Shown here piece by piece: positions 59,538-64,000 of a DNA stretch of 64,000 nt. The notes under the pieces were generated by a model, which was given only the letters and a program-made list of their open reading frames with translations, had not been told where the DNA came from and searched no databases. Origin of the DNA: Marsupella aquatica (Eukaryota > Plantae > Marchantiophyta); NCBI GenBank assembly GCA_973895155.1, contig OZ316894.1, positions 13,246,828 to 13,310,827 of the forward strand, in the 5' to 3' direction. The position numbers and the translations under genes were made by a program. Numbering within the stretch: position 1 is the stretch's first letter; each line of letters opens with the position of its first letter.

Positions 59538-61434
59538 GGGTGTAGTGACCGAGACAGGAAACAGGCAAACAGGAAATACTTTTCCTATTTGCCTTATGCT
59601 GTTACCAAGAAAAAATAGCTTGTACCAGGGGAAAGAACACACTATCAGGAGTTTAGAATTGTTAAAGTTGGAGTTAGTCCATTGCGGTGAGGGAGGATAC
59701 CTTGTCATGAATCGCTGAACCACAACCTCATATCCCAACACAAACAAGGGGGTGCATACATAAAAATGTCAAGGAATGCGCACAAAATGGTAGGTCCCAC
59801 CACAATCGGCAACAAAATATATGAAAATAATACAAAATGAACGCAGCCCAAAACTCTATGGTATTATATGGTCCAAAATAAAAGCAAACAACGTCTTGAC
59901 TAGCGCCTGGCGCTAGCTTACCGGTATTTAAGGAAACAAATAGTTGGCGTTGAGAACATCAAGCACAACACGATGATATTTAATGGTGTAGCCTAAACGA
60001 CAAGATTATCAGCGCCTGGCGCTAACAAAACATGACGCGACATAAATAACACTATACCGTTGACATACGACAAAATCAATATAACCGTTTGGACCGATAG
60101 GACAACCTAGATCATCATGATTCATGCTATAAACCATGAGCATTTTGCCTCTCTAATATGAGCCGAACCTCTCCAACAGTGAGAATTGGTTGGCTGGTCA
60201 ATGTAGATTCCTCAACGTCTAGTTTGAAAACGGTAAGGAAAATCCAATACAAATGTTTGCAAGGCATATATGGATGTTTCCGAGAATGTCGCCAGTAGAA
60301 ATCCTCACAGGAGCAAGTGGGGAAAATGAAAATTTGAACAAAGTAACAATTCGGCGTCCGCATATTTTTGTGCGTTTGCACCTTAAACTGCTTTCCCCAT
60401 GCATTCCCAATTGCGACATCCCACTGGACATCGTCTCTTTTTTTGCAGACGCAATTTTGTTCATGTGACTATGGGTAAGAGTTGACCGAGGAACCGTATT
60501 CCTCCCATTCCAGCTTCGGAGATGAACATTGGGTTCGAGAAGATTCACATTTTTTGGAAAGATATTGACATTGATTCGAAGATCAAAATCTGACGAGGTC
60601 TAGTCGTACGTTCATTTCCACAGACTGGGGAGATTCCGTTCTCAAGAAGATATTGCATCTCGTCTTCTGAAACATTTGTCCCTTTTAAAACGGGAAGAAC
60701 ATCAGGGAAAGGGGGCAGGTTCAATACACCTCGACGCGGGCGGCTTCTGTAACATGTATTATTTGGGCAAAACCAAATCATTTTGGTTATGGGTTCCCCC
60801 CTGAAAATGCGTTGTCCTTTGACAACAATGCCGATAACACCATGTGGTGAGGGAAATCCAACTTTTTTCACACGATTGCGACACTCGTCTCTTTCAGAAT
60901 TATGGGAAAATGATCCGTTGCACTGAGGACCAGCGCCAAATTTTGAGGTTCGACGTAATTGCCATGCAGCTGGAGCAACCTCGGTCTCACGGATAGGACA
61001 CTCTTGTAACGGTTGCTGAAGCACGGAGGGAGCAGTCTGGGGAAGCCTCGTTGAACGCATTCGGTCTCGAGCAGGAGGGGTTGTGGTAAGTAGAACAACA
61101 CCAAATGTCTAAGATCTTGCTCAAAACAACCAGGATTCGGTCCCGTAAAGAATAAACAAAGCAATTTACTAAGGTTTTGTGGTGTTTGAAATCTTCAAGT
61201 GATTTCCTTGTTGTTTCTCCTTATATAATCCTGAAACAATTATTATGTCACAAATGCTGAAATCAACTTCCTTAGGTTCGGCTTCTTCTCGATAGACTGA
61301 AAGGTTTTATCTTCCCTATAATTTCCTTATACACTTAGTAGTGATCGGTTTTACGTCATGAAGGTTGGTACAATTTCCATTTCAACTAGATTTCAAAGGC
61401 ACACCTTAGTTATCCATTCAATTCTATTTCCTAC
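59538..61434 (-). mobile_element. larger member of the same TIR family carrying a frameshifted SWIM zinc-finger gene (~60127-61164)
   Basis: Terminus GGTGTAGTGACCGAGACAGGAAACAGG matches the reverse complement of the MITE end; AGCGCCTGGCGCT motifs; PTCSCEDF...PCKHLYWIF SWIM motif. Confidence 0.65.
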
Positions 61435-61933
61435 TGTGACGGGTACCCCATCACGGGAAGTCACACATAACTGGTTGCAAAGGCCGATACCTTGTTAATA
61501 GTCAATGTAAATAAGCCATTTTTTAATTTTTAGTTAATTCCGTCATTATAGGTTGATGATGCCCCAGGTGACTTTATATTCTTTCTCTCATAATAGTTCT
61601 AAGATTTGCGGCGACCTAAGTGGGCAAATATTTTGGGACCTTGAAACTAGCCAGGACCAGCCCCATAGGACTTACCGTTTTGCTTCAAGAGCTATTGTTG
61701 AGACCCCCATTGCAAAGTCAGGAGAGGGGGGGGTTTTTTTAAATAAATCCCTCCTCAGGAGGGCGAGTCCCATTAGTGGCCGTCCGAGAGAAAGAGGGGC
61801 TGCCTCGCGAGCCCATAGGGCTGCGTGCCCGGGCGATTAATGGGGCTCCGCGAGCTGAAGGGGCTGCCTCGCGAGCCCATAGGGCTGCGTGCCCGGGCAA
61901 TTAATGAGGCTCCGCGAGCTGAAGGAGCGCAAG

Positions 61934-62255
61934 CGAGCGGGGGGGGGGGAGTTAAAGGGCCTCCCGCGAGCTGGGAGGATCACGCGAGCGGGGGGGAGTT
62001 AAAGGGCCTCCCGCGAGCTGGGAGGATCACGCGAGCGGGGGGGAGTTAAAGGGCCTCCCGCGAGCTGGGAGGATCACGCGAGCGGGGGGGAGTTAAAGGG
62101 CCTCCCGCGAGCTGGGAGGATCACGCGAGCGGGGGGGAGTTAAAGGGCCTCCCGCGAGCTGGGAGGATCACGCGAGCGGGGGGGAGTTAAAGGGCCTCCC
62201 GCGAGCTGGGAGGATCACGCGAGCGGGGGGGAGTTGAAGGGCCTCCCGCGAGCCG
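61934..62255. repeat. 47-bp GC-rich tandem array (~7 near-identical units), preceded by a 64-bp duplication (about 61796-61924)
   Basis: Unit CACGCGAGCGGGGGGGAGTTAAAGGGCCTCCCGCGAGCTGGGAGGAT at 61981, 62028, 62075, 62122, 62169, 62216. Confidence 0.95.
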
Positions 62256-62684
62256 GGAGGAATGGCCGCGCGCCCTGCATAGGGCCGCGCGCAGGAGGAC
62301 GCAAGGGTAAGGCCCGAGAAATGGGCCGGGGCGCATGGCGAAGGCGCCAGGAGTTTTTTCGGTTCTATTTTTTTTTCCTTCCTTTTTCTTTCCCTCTTCC
62401 TTTTGCACGACCCTCTCATTGCCGAAAGCAAAAACGGGGTTCTTCTCTCTCTTGCCGGAAGCTCTCTCCAGATTCTAATTATTTTTGAAGCTCTCTCTTT
62501 CATGGTGGATTAGTGGGGCTTGCTGGCGTCATTCTTCCAGGCATTAGTGGCGGCCGCACGGAGTAGTGACGGGAAATTGAGAGAATTTAAGTGATCGGGC
62601 TACGGGGGCTGTTTCGGGCCAGGGAATTGACATTGCCACGGGTGACGGGATTGGTGATTGAGAAATTGATTTCGGGATGCATGG

Positions 62685-64000
62685 ATGCTAGATCAACCAG
62701 AGTTTAGTGCGTCACGCATTCGGAGATACAAGGCTGCTTACCGTGACTACGTGGAGACTCGGATTACACGGGAAAGGGAAGAGAGAGAAGTTATGATGAG
62801 CACGGGATTGGCAGCGGGTTCCTCACCGGTGGGTAGGAAGATTTTTCGTCGAATTTATCCCAAGACCTCCACCAAGGTGATGGAGGATTGTCGGAACATT
62901 TTCCAAGCCACCGGGCTTACAGAATTCATGAAGGTGGAGATTACCATCCCTTCAGGGAAGAGCTGGGACATTGAGGCCGGGATGGAGTTCCGAACGGAGG
63001 GAATCTACTTTGAATGTCTCAAACGTGTAGTGCCCCATGTGGAGTTGGCTAAGCTATTGTTTCTTGAGAATCAGAAAATCTCATTCACACCTCGGAATAT
63101 CAGGGGAGAACTCACGTTGAAAATGGTGGCCACTTGGGTGACCAATCCTACCTCCACCACCGCCATCCCTCTTTCTGCTGTCAAGGATGTTGAGTATAAG
63201 GGCTTCCTGGCCAAGGTGCATCAACGGGTTCTTGGCAACGTGCAATCCGGAGTGCTGAATGAGGAGCATTTCGTGGTAGCTATGGACATCAAGAACTACC
63301 CAGCCCATGTGTACGGATGGTGGTGCTACGGATTGAAGAAGCTATTGGCCGCTGAGCCCGGGAGTGTGAAACCAGGTGGGGCTGTACATTTGATGGGGTC
63401 ATTTGTATTGGCCAGGGCAGAAGGGTTGATTGGTTCTCCGGGGCATGAAGACACGGGATCATCTCTCACCACGGAGATCCGGAGTATTGCCACTACCGTT
63501 TTAGGGAAGCTCACGGAGGAATCATTGTCTGCTGGTGGGGAGGATAATAGAGAAGAAGAGAACCAGGAGGATGATTGCACATTGGAGTGGCTTGAATCAC
63601 TCGTGGGAGATCCGAAACAGCCTCTGGAATACAACATTCCGGATGTTTACTTGGCAGAGCTACGGGATTTCAGAGAGGGAGTCCACGAGGGACTCAAGCT
63701 AGTCCACGCATTGAGGGAGTCTCTCAAGCACGCCACAGTCAAAGTAGAGACGTTAGAGCAGAGCATCCTGTCACTGAAGGAGGTGATCAAGACCAAGGAG
63801 CAGACCATTCATGAGAAGGTCAGGCACATCAATGCAGCTCACGTAGAGATCACCAACTTGAAGGGAGCTTTGTCCACCAAGGCCAAGGAAGCAGAAGAAG
63901 TAGGAGCGTTGAGGCAAGCATTGGCCAAAGAGAAGCAAAATTCTGGAGAAGTGATGGAGTGGAGGAACCAGGTGGGAGCACTACGGAGTCAGGTGGCAGC
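62685..64000 (+). CDS. uninterrupted ORF of at least 438 codons (absent from the ORF track, no stop in window), with a C-terminal coiled coil
   Basis: Manual translation MLDQPEFSASRIRRYKAAY...IFQATGLTEFMKVEI...AGMEFRTEG...LKHATVKVETLEQSILSLKEVIKTKEQ..., with no stop up to 64000. Confidence 0.8.
   Translation, partial: MLDQPEFSASRIRRYKAAYRDYVETRITREREEREVMMSTGLAAGSSPVGRKIFRRIYPKTSTKVMEDCRNIFQATGLTEFMKVEITIPSGKSWDIEAGMEFRTEGIYFECLKRVVPHVELAKLLFLENQKISFTPRNIRGELTLKMVATWVTNPTSTTAIPLSAVKDVEYKGFLAKVHQRVLGNVQSGVLNEEHFVVAMDIKNYPAHVYGWWCYGLKKLLAAEPGSVKPGGAVHLMGSFVLARAEGLIGSPGHEDTGSSLTTEIRSIATTVLGKLTEESLSAGGEDNREEENQEDDCTLEWLESLVGDPKQPLEYNIPDVYLAELRDFREGVHEGLKLVHALRESLKHATVKVETLEQSILSLKEVIKTKEQTIHEKVRHINAAHVEITNLKGALSTKAKEAEEVGALRQALAKEKQNSGEVMEWRNQVGALRSQVA

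Larger units (their letters stand above)
61435..64000 (+). mobile_element. probable LTR of a further family (starts TGTGACG) with tandem repeats and a long ORF running off the window
   Basis: TGTGACG start at an abrupt change of composition, then a GC-rich tandem array, then an open frame. Confidence 0.5.

Noticed and set aside
59316-59747. 143-aa ORF as one gene
   Set aside because: Chimera across the 59538 junction between a TIR element and the copia gag.
61934-62255. CRISPR-like array or coding repeat
   Set aside because: Identical head-to-tail units without spacers; the short ORFs over it are by-products of the repeat.

Overview
This is eukaryotic nuclear DNA from a land plant, probably a non-seed plant (inferred from the TE lineages). 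It is almost entirely nested transposable elements around one intact host gene, a 6-exon OTU4-like deubiquitinase (35176-38082) ending in SKL. The main result is a Ty3/gypsy family (Athila/Tat-like pol) whose LTR is about 4 kb and contains a complete ~878-codon gene with its own TATA box. The LTR limits are fixed by a solo LTR (14562-18562, TG...CA, 5-bp TSD CATGC) inserted into a sister LTR, by PPTs directly before the LTR start in two elements, and by the ORF C-terminus sitting upstream of the PBS in a 5' LTR. The window holds five copies of this ORF-bearing LTR, an ORF-less relative (54694-56987) and possibly a second family of the same design (61435 to the end). A complete fungal-like gypsy element (4185-12901) is nested inside, with a 4-bp TSD and a -1 frameshift signal between gag-protease and RT. 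Also present are PIF/Harbinger, CACTA, Mutator-like/SWIM, LINE and copia remnants. No RNA genes or CRISPR arrays were found. All family assignments come from reading motifs by eye, not from database searches.
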